A stretch of DNA of 64,000 nucleotides from positions 145,452,001-145,516,000 of the forward strand of contig NC_043000.1 of the NCBI RefSeq assembly GCF_006345805.1. The letters run 5' to 3'. The notes under the pieces were generated by a model. That model was given only the letters and a program-made list of their open reading frames with translations. It ran no database searches and was not told the DNA's origin. Below, piece after piece: positions 1 to 12,557 of this stretch. How positions within the stretch are numbered: the stretch's first letter is position 1; every line of letters starts with the position of its first letter. The stretch comes from Octopus sinensis (Eukaryota). The translations under genes were made by a program, and so were the position numbers.

Positions 1-269
1 CAATTCTCATATACTGAGCAAGGAGGGGGAACGAAAGAAAGGGAAAGAGAGAAAAAGGAACGAAAGAGGGGGGGGGGGAAACTTGTAGCGATGTTATTGG
101 CATCTATAGAGGCCAGTATACATAGTTTGAATTGATACATATACATACCGTCGTGTGTATGCGTGCTTAAGCACAAGCATACTTTCACTTACACATACAC
201 AGATACGCATGCTTACAAATACATATGCTTTGCTATACACAAACTTATATAAACATTCTAAATTTGACA
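1..269 (-). repeat. Inverted copy of PLE-1 3' region (inverted pseudo-LTR); probably continues beyond the window start
   Basis: 1-269 is the reverse complement of ~1640-1914, with a small indel. It is joined directly to the 5'-truncated RT at ~270. Confidence 0.9.
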
Positions 270-271
270 CG

Positions 272-1352
272 CATAATCTAAACGGCCATGAATCAGATAG
301 ACTTAGGAAGGACCTTATAGCTTTCTTTCAAAGGATGGGCTTACGGATTACGATAGATACTAACCTGAATAGTGTAGATTTTTTAGACGTAAATGTTAAT
401 GTAAGATCGGATAGATTTAAACCTTTCCGTAAGCCCAATGAAAAGCTATCGTATATTAGCAAAGATTCGAACCATCCACCAGTTATCCTTAGCAACTTAG
501 TCAGCAATAGTAGGTAGAAGAATATCTTCAATTTCTTCGGACGAGGCAGCATTCCATAATGCTGCACCTTATTACGATAGCGCATTAAAGAATAGTGGAT
601 TCTCGGAGAAGATCCAGTTCAACCAGCTTAATGCTAATAATAATGCTGCACGAAGAACTAGGACCAGGAAAGTTTTGTGGTTCAACCCGGCTTTCAATTT
701 GGCCGTAAAGACTAATATAGGTAAGGAATTTTTGAGATTAGTCTCTAAGCATTTTAAGCAGGGTCATAAATTCTACAGAATATTTAATAGAAGAACCCTG
801 AAGGTTAGCTATTCTTGTTGCAGAAATTTCGCCTCTTACATTAGCCAACATAATAGGAAGCTAATTGAGATTAGACATGGTGCCGAGCCCATTAAGAAAT
901 GTAATTTCAAAAACGAAAGCTCCTGTCCGTTAGAAGGGAAATGTCTAGTGAAAGGAGTAGTTTATAGAGCCAAGGTGCAAGTGGAAGGCTCATCGGAATA
1001 CAAGACATACACAGGGGCTTCAGAAAATTCATTTAAAACAAGATTTTATTCTCATAAGAATTTTTTTAAATACCCAGAGAATAGGAAGAAAACCAGCCTA
1101 GCAAAATATGTCTGGGAACTAAAAGAAAAGGAAGCCCCACCTTTCAACGTGACATGGAGCATTCTGGACAGGGCGGCACCATACAGGCATGGAGCTTACA
1201 AATATAATTTCAAGTGCAAGCTTTGCTTATTAGAAAAAATGCACATATTATTCAAAGACAATAATTCTTTGAATCAAAGAAGTGAGTTAATGAACTTATG
1301 TAGGCACGCGGCTAAATTTAAAATGTCGAATATAAATATACCATATGGATAG
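272..1352 (+). pseudogene. PLE-1 RT C-terminus/thumb + GIY-YIG endonuclease, one frameshift near 500
   Basis: ORF 155-517 gives LRKDLIAFF..VDFLDV..SNHPP. A second frame is open from ~503 (RRISSISSDE..SALKNSGF) into ORF 675-1352 (GVVY..TYTG..RFYSH..CKLCLLEK). Confidence 0.88.
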
Positions 1353-2364
1353 AGTATATATTTTGTATTTTGATTTTTGATTTTGATTTTGACTCTTAAG
1401 CGCTACGACGGATCTATAGCAAAGTCTTATTGTTTCTACATATATATTAGGAAAAACCTACAAACTTTGTTTTCATGTTATTGTATTGCATAGGATTACC
1501 TTGATTATTTATATTACCTTGATTATTTATAAATGACCCAAAATAGGATGTTATATTTTATTTTATGTCTTTCGTATATATTTTTATTAATGCACCCATT
1601 TTTTTTTTAAAAGCAATGTTTTTTTAAAAAAAGCAATGTTGTCAAATTTAGAATGTTTATATAAGTTTGTGTATAGCAAAGCATATGTATTTGTAAGCAT
1701 GCGTATCTGTGTATGTGTAAGTGAAAGTATGCTTGTGCTTAAGCACGCATACACACGACGGTATGTATATGTATCAATTCAAACTTGTGTATGTATACTG
1801 GCCTCTATAGATGCCAATAACATCGCTACAAGTTTCCCCCCCACCCCTCTTTCGTTCCTTTTTCTCTCTTTCCCTTTCTTTCGTTCCCCCTCCTTGCTCA
1901 GTATATGAGAATTGCTACATAGATGAATTTTAGCTTGCGTGCGAGACGGTTTGCGTGAATATATGTACACATGCTTTTATGTGTATAATTTAGATTCATA
2001 TTCATACGTCTGTATATGTATGTATGGCGTTTACGCGCATCCTTTTGTGTATGTTGATATATATATGTGGATTTTAATATAAATATGTATTGCAGTATTT
2101 ATAATAGGTTTAATTTCTATGCATTAATTTGTACTGTCTTCATTAACGGCAATAGGTTTTTTCCTCGGTTTTTTCCTCGGATTTTATAATTTTTATAATT
2201 TTTATAAGTTTTTTTATATATATATACATATATTTTTGACCTTTTTGTTTATCGCTCGAAGATTGACCGTTTTTTCTAAAGGGCCAATCAAACAAGTCCA
2301 TTTCTTTTTAAAGGTGTAGCGTTTGTAAGAGTATAGATTGAATTAATATATATGTTCCATTCTA

Positions 2365-2416
2365 GCAAAAACTGTCTGATGAACGGCAACGAGAAACTCA
2401 GAGTAACAGATTTTGT
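2365..2416 (+). ncRNA. Type I hammerhead ribozyme motif in PLE-1 3' terminal region
   Basis: CTGATGA 2376-82; A-CG-GCAA-CG-A stem II; GAAAC 2393-97; TCAGA; GTA 2403-05. Stem I pairs GCAAAAACTGT with ACAGATTTTGT. Confidence 0.8.
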
Positions 2417-2512
2417 TGAATTTTCTGCTGCTTAAAATAAAGCATATTACTCTACCACTGGTATTTGAGTACTCTTTTTTCCACCTTGTTTCACATTTAT
2501 GTGTTTACTCGG

Positions 2513-2578
<66 letters not shown>

Positions 2579-2579
2579 A

Positions 2580-3425
2580 GATTAAGGCTGGAAAATTCCA
2601 AGGCGTGCACAACCAGCACACATAGGTGAATGAAATACTGTCCCAAGAGAGGTTGCATTACCTGAATCAAAATCAATGCGCTGCCTGGGAATTGACATGC
2701 AAATTTTGCATTTTTCCAGATGCATATTACTAAATTGGCAGTAAACATCAGGCCGAATAGATCTTTAGAACTTTCAGAACGAGAACACGATCCATGGTGG
2801 TCCTCTACAGGATAATTTTCCTGACCCGTTTAGACTACTGCTCCCCAAAGTGGTCATTACACAGAATAAAATTAATGGTGGAGCTCTCAGCAGTCCAGCG
2901 AATCTTCGCGAAGAATATCGTCTCAATGCGACATGTTAGCTATTGGGACCGAATGAAAAAGTTATGACTCTACTCCCTAGAACGAAGGTGGGAAAGGTTG
3001 CAGCGATATTATTTGAAAAAATCGTGGAAGGGCATGTACCAAAGTTTTGCATTGAAAATTACACAAATACCAGAACGGGGTGACATTGCATAGTAACAAA
3101 AGAATCTGAATAATACTATGAGAATACAGGACTAGATACTGTAATATCTTGGGGTTCAAGTACCCACAGTTCGTCAATATCGAACCCTAAAAGCCTTAGA
3201 GACCTTCATGGGGTGGGTTCTCTGTCTTCAAAACAAAACTGGATGACTTGTCGAAATTCCTGGATGAATTTACCTCGTGTCAAGAAATGTAAATGCGGGC
3301 AGCAACAACAAACTACTTCAATCAACAATACCACATATCCGAGGAGCTTTCATGTAGTGAAAAAGTTGGAAATCTAACGACGGCATACCAGTATAGCAGC
3401 AGCTGTCGTGCTGAAGCTTGCAAAA
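2580..3425 (+). mobile_element. Decayed 3' fragment of a CR1/L2-type LINE
   Basis: Broken frames PESKSMRCLGID, RLDYCSP, VQRIFAKNI..YWDRMKKL.LYSLERR match the 3' end of the LINE at 34.5-35.4 kb. Degenerate shared tail at ~3378-3418. Confidence 0.8.
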
Positions 3426-5028
3426 ATATATCTTCATAGACATATATATATATGTACACAAGCACACACATACTCACACATAGCAAAAATATCACATACA
3501 TACATATATACATATAAACAGATATACAAATATATCCAAATATACTCACACATATACATACATACATACATACACACCTATATACAGGCATAAGTATCCA
3601 TATATATATACATGACGAAATTTGAGGAATTCCTCAACGCAGTGACAATTGTCTAAATATGGTGAATGATGCCAGGTAGCCAATAGCAGTGAATGTCTTT
3701 CGCCGGTAACTACTAGGTACATACCATTGCACAAATAATTGCTCACATATGTATGCATGTGTGTATGTTTGCGCATAAATATGCGATGTATTTTATGTAT
3801 GTGTGTGTGTACGTGCGCATTCAGGTGTGTCTGTGCAAATGGTATTCATTATATGTGTATATATGTATAAATATGTAAATATAGCCATGTTCTTAAATTA
3901 GTATTAAAAATTTTATGTTGTAAAACAATGAAAGCTGTTTCGAAATGTATTTTCATTCTTATGAAAATTTTGAATATATTTTATTGTTGGAAAATAACAG
4001 AAATATATTGATACGAGAATAACTCTGATTATGGGATTTCATATTTACGGAAACTGTAAAATATAAGTAATAACTTCTGAAAATGGTCTATAATTGTGGC
4101 CTTAGGAATAATAGATGAATTGTAACAATATCGAAATAGCACATCTTTTCAGCCAAAAACCTCTCTACCTTTTATTCATGATCGACGTATAGTGCACAAA
4201 TTGAAAAAAAGACTTATAATCTCGATACATAAATGTGCTTATCTCTATGTATGTATGTTTACACATATTTGTATATGCACTACTATAAACACTTGCGTAG
4301 CGTGGGGTGAAATTATTTGCTGCCCTACTCCATTTTATTGCTGAACGTTAGATTCATTTGAGTAAATGAGAGTAGTATGACGCTAGTATGGAAGTCACCA
4401 GCGTATTGACAATAGGTTACTAGATGTGATTTAGAGAGCTATTAGCTAGAACTGGTTCTCTGGACTGAACCCAGTGGCGTTCGTCAACGACAAAAATGTC
4501 TGCAGTCATCACGGTCAACGTCGACTATGCAAAGTGTCAATGTTATTTTAATTGCTTATTTGTCATTACTGCCCGGTCTACGATTGCCCTTACCTATATG
4601 TTGCCTTTTCTTTCATGTTGGGAAATCTCTGTTAAATTCCAGTTGTTTTATGATACCAAAGGGAGGTATATTTTACAAAAGAATAACGTAGTTACAGAAA
4701 TACAAAGAAAACTGTACAGCAATATACTGATGAAAGCAATACTTAATAAAATTATTATGTATGTGCTCATACATACAAACAGGATGGGTAAAGCAAATAG
4801 TCCAAATCAGAAGTGTTTTCCTGCCCATTCATCAAGGCAGGAGATGATGACACATACTTAAGAGAAATGAAGAGACTAAATATCACTATATTCAGAAAGT
4901 ATATCTAACTAGAACATGGCAATTGAAATGAGTAATATAATCCATAGTAACCCGTGTCTTGGAATAATTTGAAAAGAGTACAAGCAAAAACATTTGAAAA
5001 GAGTACAAGCAAAAACATCGAGACATGG

Positions 5029-5047
<19 letters not shown>

Positions 5048-5059
<12 letters not shown>

Positions 5060-5134
5060 GAAATGAGGTAATCAGAAGATCGGATGGTTCATGTTTATAG
5101 ATTCTTCTGATTACCTCATTTCTTCTAATATATA
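5048..5134. repeat. Perfect 32-bp inverted repeat with 23-nt spacer, embedded in (TA)n
   Basis: 5048-5079 TATATATTAGAAGAAATGAGGTAATCAGAAGA is the reverse complement of 5103-5134. Confidence 0.95.
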
Positions 5135-5167
5135 ATACCTGTACATTATCTCCAAACCTTCCAATAT

Positions 5168-5211
<44 letters not shown>

Positions 5212-5704
5212 ATATCAATGCAAAATAGAGACGTAATACTTCTAGATGTTTACGTATTACAAATTGTATAAATCTTAAACTTAATATATGGAAATGATCT
5301 ACCAATGATAATGTAAATATTCTGTCAACAAACTGACAGATATATATTTTAATAGATATCCATTTTCATCGAAAAACGACGATTCTGAAATGAAAATAAG
5401 CATACTGAAAATAAACACCGCATCAACAATAAATAGGAAATTTGTCATTAGCATACTTCATCAGAGTTAAAGAATATTTTTTTAAAATTATAATTACAAC
5501 ATTAATGATGAAAAAATATCATTACAGTAATGGTTAATGTTCTGATGAAAACACAGGAGGGGAAAAGTTGAATTTAAATTACTTAAAATTAATTAAACAT
5601 AGTACACAGTGGGAAGTGGTTCCGATATTTGGAAGTATGAGAAAATTTCTAAGAATATTTTAACCGTATCTGCAAAACATAGTCTACTTGTTACTGCTAT
5701 GTTA

Positions 5705-6404
5705 TACAGGGTGTCTACAAAGTCACGCACCATGGGAGATATCAAGTATGATTTATTAGCAATGAAGTAAGTAATCCATTACAAATATTCAAAACGTTGG
5801 CTTTGTAGTTCTAAACAAGCGTTCATAGGGGATTTGAAATTGCGATGAACCCTCTCAAATAGTTCTTCATTGCCGTAGACATGATTCAACACTTCTTTGA
5901 AGAAGATGTCTTGCTCACGAACCTTTTCAGAATACATAACGGATGTAATATAGGCCCAGAAGAAAAAAAAAACATGGGATTTAAATCTTTTGACCGTGGT
6001 GCCCATTCAATTGACCTGCGACACCCGCGCCATCTCTCTGGAAAATATTCATTCAGAAAGTCATGAACCTCTAATGCATAATGGGGCGAATCCCCAACCT
6101 GCTAAAAACATATAGGAGTTCCCCTTTTAAGTGAATGCAGGTGAGGCATCATCATGTTACCAAGCATGACCAAATACGAATCACTTGTCACATAGCGCTC
6201 AAAATAAAATGGTCCAATTACTCGATTGTGCCAAATCTCACACCACACTATTAGCTTGCCTCTGCTATGCTAATTATCTTCATCCATCCAATGAGGATTG
6301 GTTTGTTAGTAATATTGGTAATTGTGAAAAGAGATAAAAAAAAAAGAGAATATTAACAACTTTTCATATTGCAGGATGGTGTGTGACTTTATGGCCACCC
6401 TAAA
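5705..6404 (-). mobile_element. Internally deleted Tc1/mariner element with degenerate TIRs
   Basis: Minus strand reads HYALEVHDFLNEYFPERW..EWAPRSKDLNPM.FFFWAYI (WPxxSPDLNP region). TIR TACAGGGTGTCTACAAAGTCACGCACC 5705-5731 matches 6378-6404 at 21/27. Confidence 0.8.
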
Positions 6405-7029
6405 TTTTTGGGGAATGTATAGAAATTCAGTGTGTAGGGTGGCCTGATAACTACAATAAATAGTGAGAAAATATACCCGGGAACACCTTACTACTTTAAA
6501 TACAAACTGTCCAATTACCACTAATTAATTTGAAGCTGTGAGACAAGCAGAGTGCTAGATATGGTAATGTACATTTACCAATATACTAAATCTTACTACA
6601 TAATATAACGACTTACAATATAATCAATATACCAAAGTATAGAATATACTAAACTGGAAAGATAGGTATGCTTCACAACGAAAGAAATGCACTGAAGATT
6701 TACTACAATAATATACCCATTAACTGATCTTCCCAATCACACAACATGTGTGCTACAAACTGGAGATTCACGTTATAAGCAGCATTCGTTAATACTAACA
6801 ATTACAAGAGGTCTCATGTTCTGCACAATTGATAGCCATACTCTTATTCATCTCACATGACATGTACACTGTAGAATCACCATCATTTATCACAATCAAC
6901 GCACCACATTTTATACTTGTCAAATAGATATAAACTGTATGTCTGTACTCGGTCAATTTGATCGACTGTAATCTGGCCTGAATTTATCTCACAAATTATA
7001 ATTATAAATTATTTCAAGGTGGTAAAATG

Positions 7030-7670
7030 CACTGAACTAGCAGAATCATTAACGCATCGGATAAAATGCTTAGCAACATTCGTCCGTCTTTAAATTCTGA
7101 GGTCAGATTCCGTCGAGATCGACTTGAACTGTAATTATTTTGCGGTCAATAAAATATGTACCAACTGAGCACTGGGTTCATGTCATCAACAAACCCCACC
7201 CTCCTAAAATTACTGGCAACATTGTGCCAAAATTTAAAGTAATATTAAGGTGGTGATCTGACAGAATCGATATAGCACCCAAAGTATGCTCTTCGATATT
7301 TCCACCAGTTCTTTGCATTCTGTGTTCAAATCCCACCTAAGTCAATTCTAGCTTTCGTCTCTCTTGGGTTGATTAAATAATGGGTCAATCAAGTACAGAG
7401 ATCAGTGGTATTCAACAACATACTTCTGTCAAAAACTGCAAACCTTATACCTAATCATAAACAATAAAATTCGGCCATCTTGCAAAACACTAAGAGCATC
7501 GTGAAAATTGAATCAATATTGCTCCGGATCTTTACATTCTGATTTAAAATAGCAATGAGATCAAATTTGCATTTCATTCATTAAAGTGTTATTAAGCATC
7601 AGCGAAGTACTGAGGCTTATTGTATCGACTAAGCCCTTTCCCAAAATTACTGGTCTTGTCGTAAATCAGA
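7030..7670 (+). mobile_element. About three head-to-tail, highly decayed SINE-B-like copies
   Basis: Three successive ~200-bp units resemble the SINE-B head/core (gcagaa..aaatgcttagc..ttctgagttcaaat..ctttcatc) and tail (aaattactgg..ttgtgccaaa). Confidence 0.5.
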
Positions 7671-9327
7671 GACGAGGATGTATATTAATATTAATTCGCG
7701 TGAAATACATGCTACTTATTCGAGAGAGGAAGTTCTTCTCATAATGTGTTTACTAGTGATGCTTTTGGTAGACCCAACTTATTTTTGTTCACCGGAGCTT
7801 TAGCAGTAAAAGATGCTATTCTTTTCGTTTCAAAAATCATTTGGTTAATTTTTTTTTTTTTTAAGAAAATAATTTTTAAACCTATTTTGCGAAAGACGAA
7901 ATAGGTTAAGAAAGGAAGAATTCGTGGAATTATGAACCTAGAAAATGATTCAAACTAGTATAAAAACATCACCAACAATAACAACTACTACAGTCTACAA
8001 AGATATCTTTAATGACAGCATTTGACGGTGCTGCTGATATGTAACAATGAGCAACACCTTTAATCAATTACCAAAATTCCAAGCTCATCGCAGGAAATTT
8101 TCCTAACCAAAGTTCAGAAAAGACGACGGCTCACTAAAATAAGAGCGATCAACCTATTATCCAGCTGTGAACATTTTTCGAAATGATCATAGGGTTTATG
8201 TCTAACACTGAAGAAAACCAACATCAGCAAACTTGTTTAAAAACATACACCGGTTTCCTACATTTTTGTCTAGTTCTTCCCTATCTAACATAAATGTATT
8301 GAGAGTAGGGAGTATAAATGCACGTGTCCAGAAGTCGGCAGGGAGTCATAGTTTTAGACAGTTATTTAATTATGATAGATATCACTGAGACTATTGCTTG
8401 CAATACATTGTACGTGCCAGCTTAGTGAATGGCTACGAGATTTACACATTTTAAGCCTCTCCCACACATTAGGAGAGTGCAATGTCTCACCCAAGTCTCA
8501 CTTAGATATAGTGTTACATAAGCTAGACAACAAAATCCCTCTGAGCCCTCCAGAGTATCTACTACGCAGGAGATCGTCTTTCAAATTGATTCTCGTGGTT
8601 TTGTTCGTCATCATGATGCTTTTCTTACGCAAGCCCGTAGAACACGCTAATTTTTATTTTCACAGTGAATATACTGGCGAAGAGCACCCGCGGAGGAACA
8701 GAACACGCCAACAAGACCGGGTGAAAAACGCGCTACCGCAATGCAGACAGTACCTGACAACACCTGTCTCGTGCCTCCTGTGATTGGATTGAAAATGACA
8801 CATAATAATTTCGGAATGATGAATGCAGTTGAGCGATTATGGTTGCAACTTTTTCTGAGGATCATAATTTTGAACGTGCAGCATTCCTCGGCAACCCAAA
8901 CCTATGCATGATATCTAGTACCTAGAATCATCCCGGAGACTCCGACTGTTTCAGATTTTAAAAGATACTTTTCTTGAACGCAGGTCGTTGCATTATATAG
9001 ACATCTTGTTGTTGGTACAGGTGTTGATATCTGGGGGAAAAATCTACGGTTGTCCATAAGGACTGATTGACTAGAATGTTCTCAAAGAATGTCAAGTATG
9101 AACAAATCTCGAATGCTTTTTACCTGGAACTGCTACACTGTACTTACAATATTTTTGATACATCAAGAGCAAATATAAATGTAACTGATACACGCACACA
9201 AGGTCGATATTTTCTTATACTCGAATAATATTTTTATGAAAACGTATCTCTTGATGATATTCAATAAATAACGCAACTTCGACTACTGCTATTACCACTA
9301 ACTCAACAGTGACTCCTGCTATGAGTT

Positions 9328-9329
9328 CA

Positions 9330-9367
<38 letters not shown>

Positions 9368-9440
9368 AACTACAACCACCACCACCACCACCACCACCAC
9401 CACCACCACCACCACCACCACTACTACTACTACTACTACC
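9328..9440. repeat. Compound (ACT)n(ACC)n(ACT)n microsatellite
   Basis: Direct reading. It produces the spurious poly-Val ORF 9215-9604. Confidence 0.95.
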
Positions 9441-9644
9441 GCAGCTGCTGCTGAAATATTCATGTCGTATTGTTGCCACCAGTAATACACATATTCGATG
9501 TGCATAGAAATTGATAGATTCGTGACAACGATAGATCTTTGGTGCATGATGATTTGGGCGAGGGTAGAGAAGTGCTTGTAAATTCTATGAAAGCTGGTTG
9601 ACAATATTCCGGTGAAATATGAAAGCGAATTGTCAGAATCGTTA

Positions 9645-9926
9645 CCGTGCCGGACAAAATGATTAGCATTTCGTCCAACATTTTGTGTTCAAAATGTTTA
9701 GCGGCATTTCTTTCAACGTTTTGAATTCAGTTGCCGGTGCAGTCAACTTTGCCTTTCATCATTTCATGGAGTGGCTGTGTGGTAAGTAGCTTGCTAACCA
9801 ACCACATGGTTCCGGGTTCAGTCCCACTGCATGGCATCTTGGGCAAGTGTCTTCTGCTATAGCGCCGGGCCGACCAATGCCTTGTGAGTGGATTTGGTAG
9901 ACGGAAACTGAAAGAAGCCCGTCGTA

Positions 9927-9957
<31 letters not shown>

Positions 9958-10275
9958 TTGTGTGTGTGTGTTTGTGTGTCTGTGTTTGTCCCCCTAGCAT
10001 TGCTTGACATCCGATGCTGGTGTGTTTATGTCCCCGTCACTTAGCGGTTCGGCAAAAGAGACCGATAGAATAAGTACTGGGCTTACAAAAGAATAAGTCC
10101 CGGGGTCGAGTTGCTCGATTAAAGGTGGTGCTCCAGCATGGCTGCAGTCAAATGACTGAAACAAGTAAGAGAGTAAAAGAGTAAAAAGAATAAAATAAGT
10201 ATCAGCTGAATACTGATATAATCTATTTAGTCTTCCCACGAAATTGCTGATCTTATGCCTAAATTTGAAATGAAC
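9645..10275 (+). mobile_element. Decayed SINE-B-type copy interrupted by a SINE-A insertion
   Basis: gtcaactttgcctttcatc before 9768 resumes as ataaaataagtatcag..aaattgctg..cctaaatttgaaa after ~10190. Confidence 0.6.
9768..10195 (+). mobile_element. SINE-A, full length (tRNA-derived)
   Basis: Head GGAGTGGCTGTGTGG..GGTTCAGTCCC (A/B-box-like), internal (TA)(TG)n, tail GGTGCTCCAGCATGG..CAGTCAAATGACTGAAAC-(AAAAGAGT)n. Confidence 0.9.
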
Positions 10276-11444
10276 GTTGACTTGAAATTAACCCACTCTA
10301 GTTACCCGACTGTGGACTAATACCTCATTTTGAAGGGACACATATAGTCTGGGTTATGTTTGTGCGCCCCATGATTCTCCTCGAGCATTTGCTTCCATTT
10401 GAAAATCTTCCTTGTTATTTAGTATGTATTTTTATTGTTATTTTTATCAATATGCTAGTGTGTGTTTGTCATTATAGCAACATAATTAGTCCTCTTTATA
10501 TTTTCATTTCTTTGCTTTTAATTTTTACATCATGTGTCCCTCAGGCGATTAAATGACATTATCATCATCACCACCAACAGCAGTAGCAGTTGCAAGTGTA
10601 GTAGTAGAAGTATTAGTAGTAGTCTTTGTTGTTGTTGTCTTTGTTGTTGATGTAGTAAGAGTAGCAGTAGTTTTAGTTGCAATAGTTATAGAATATTTTC
10701 AGGTATGTTTTCTTAAAATATAAATCAATCATAAGAAAATATCGACGTTGTTGTTTATTTGTTGCGTTTATTTTTGAAAAAAATATTTCCATCTAAGGTA
10801 TTGATAAGTAAAGAAAAATAATGATAACATATTAAAGAAATATATTATAAACCCTATTTGTGCAAACCTACTTATGAAAATAAATGGAGCCTTTTAGAAA
10901 ATTAAAGTTGATTGTGATTCGGTAAACAATATGAATGTTTTTTTTTCTCATGATATCAATTAATAAAATATTGATGAGTTCTAAAGAATCGATTATAAAT
11001 AAACAGAAACATTCACAAAATAAAGTATTGAATTTTTCTATTTATTTTCATTTCTTATCTTCTAATATATATTTTATGTTATAAACATTTTCCCCTATTT
11101 TATATTATTCTCCTACTCGCTCTATATTTTGCAAAGTACTTCTTACTTTACGATTTTATTTTTTATGATACATATTTCCATTCGTTCTTTTCCTTCGTCT
11201 TCTGATTCTTACTGTTTTATATAAATTCTGTTCCCCCTTTTTTCCACTGTTTACAATTTATTCCATCTTATACACTCTTATATACTTCAATTCGTTTTTA
11301 AACCTTATCTCATCTCTTGATTTCTCTATTACTTCGATTTGTTCGAAATGAAATACTTTCAGGATACTTAAAAACGTTCTCAAATTATTGCCAATCAGTT
11401 AAACATTTATAACAACCGTTTGGCTATTATAATTGCGTGAAAAA

Positions 11445-11625
11445 TGTTGGCAAATAGGCAAGTTGGTTGAATCTCCGAAATGTCGAAAAAATAGCTTTCG
11501 ATAATTTGCTCATTTCACTTTATATTCTAAGTTCAAATCTCTTCAAAATCAACTTTGTCTTTCAACCCTCTAAGTTGGATGAAATATATTACCTGTCAAG
11601 TGCTGGGACCATATCAGTCAGCCGA
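11445..11625 (+). mobile_element. Decayed SINE-B-like copy
   Basis: ttctaagttcaaatctc..caactttgtctttcaaccc matches the SINE-B core. Confidence 0.5.
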
Positions 11626-12518
11626 TCCCTTTCCTTCATATATGCGAGATTTGCCACTAAATTATAAAGAAACATTAGTGAGTGAGAGGAAATAAAACAG
11701 AATAATTTCGTAGAAACGTATTTCCTCAAGCTCTTAGATTTCTATCAGTCTATTTACAAGCAAAGTATTTCACATTAACATTAAAGTTTTATCAAGCTGC
11801 CCATCGAAGACAACTCAAGTGAAATGTTTTAATCATATCAATGTTTTCATTAGTAAAATAAATATTATATTCTACTTAAATATTTTGACTGATCTTTCAA
11901 GTAAAGTTTGAATATTTGCGCGTATTCATAAATGTATTCGTACATTTATAAATCTGTAATTATTCATAAATACATAAGAAAAGATATATATGCGTATACT
12001 CATGTATGCGTGCATGCGCGCTTGTGTGCATATGTGTGTGCATCTGCATGATTAGTCAAGTGCTAGGACTTCAATGATGAGGATCTTGTCAGAGGATAGC
12101 ATCATTCCTTAATGAATTAGGCTACTGTGATTTCTCAACAATATCAGTTGAACGTTTCCTGCAGGAGAATAATTTGAAAGAGAATCAGCTGATGGAAGCA
12201 AGTAGTGAAATGTCCATGGAAGTTCAGACCTGTTTCATTTTGTGCAAAGGTAACCCTCCTATAGGCAAAGGACTGTATCGTCGCCACATTCCTATTCAGT
12301 CATCAATGAAACATTCAGGTGACACGTGGACCTTAAACCTTCGAAAGAACTATCCTCCGGAAGAGTATGCTGAATGAAGCAACAATCAGTAGAATACATT
12401 GTAGTATATTTAAATATATCTTACAGAACGTACATGTGCAGAGCGTCACTTACATTTATATCACCTACATTTCCCTCTCTCTTTCTCTATCCCCCCTCTC
12501 TCTCCCTATGTATTTGCT

Positions 12519-12554
<36 letters not shown>

Positions 12555-12557
<3 letters not shown>

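Larger units (their letters stand above)
270..2511 (+). mobile_element. PLE-1: 5'-truncated Penelope-like retroelement
   Basis: RT C-terminus (VDFLDV, SNHPP), then WFNP, C-x-CPLxGxC and GIY-YIG motifs. Long 3' UTR with hammerhead motif. Ends at (TA)n 2512-2576. Confidence 0.9.

Noticed and set aside
2250-2300. Second hammerhead-like string CTCGAAGA-TTGACC..GGCCAA-TC-AAAC-AA-GTC upstream of the PLE-1 HHR
   Set aside because: The core has indels (no CUGA, no G12) and there is no stem I. It may be a dead tandem copy but is not supportable.
4430-4500. ELVLWTEPSGVR resembling an RTE 3'-end motif
   Set aside because: It is too short and decayed to call.
4968-5017. Short tandem duplications (25 bp x2 here; 17 bp x2 at 63839-63872; 48 bp x2 at 19493)
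   Set aside because: They have no unique spacers and only two units, so they are not CRISPR-like. They are ordinary slippage duplications.
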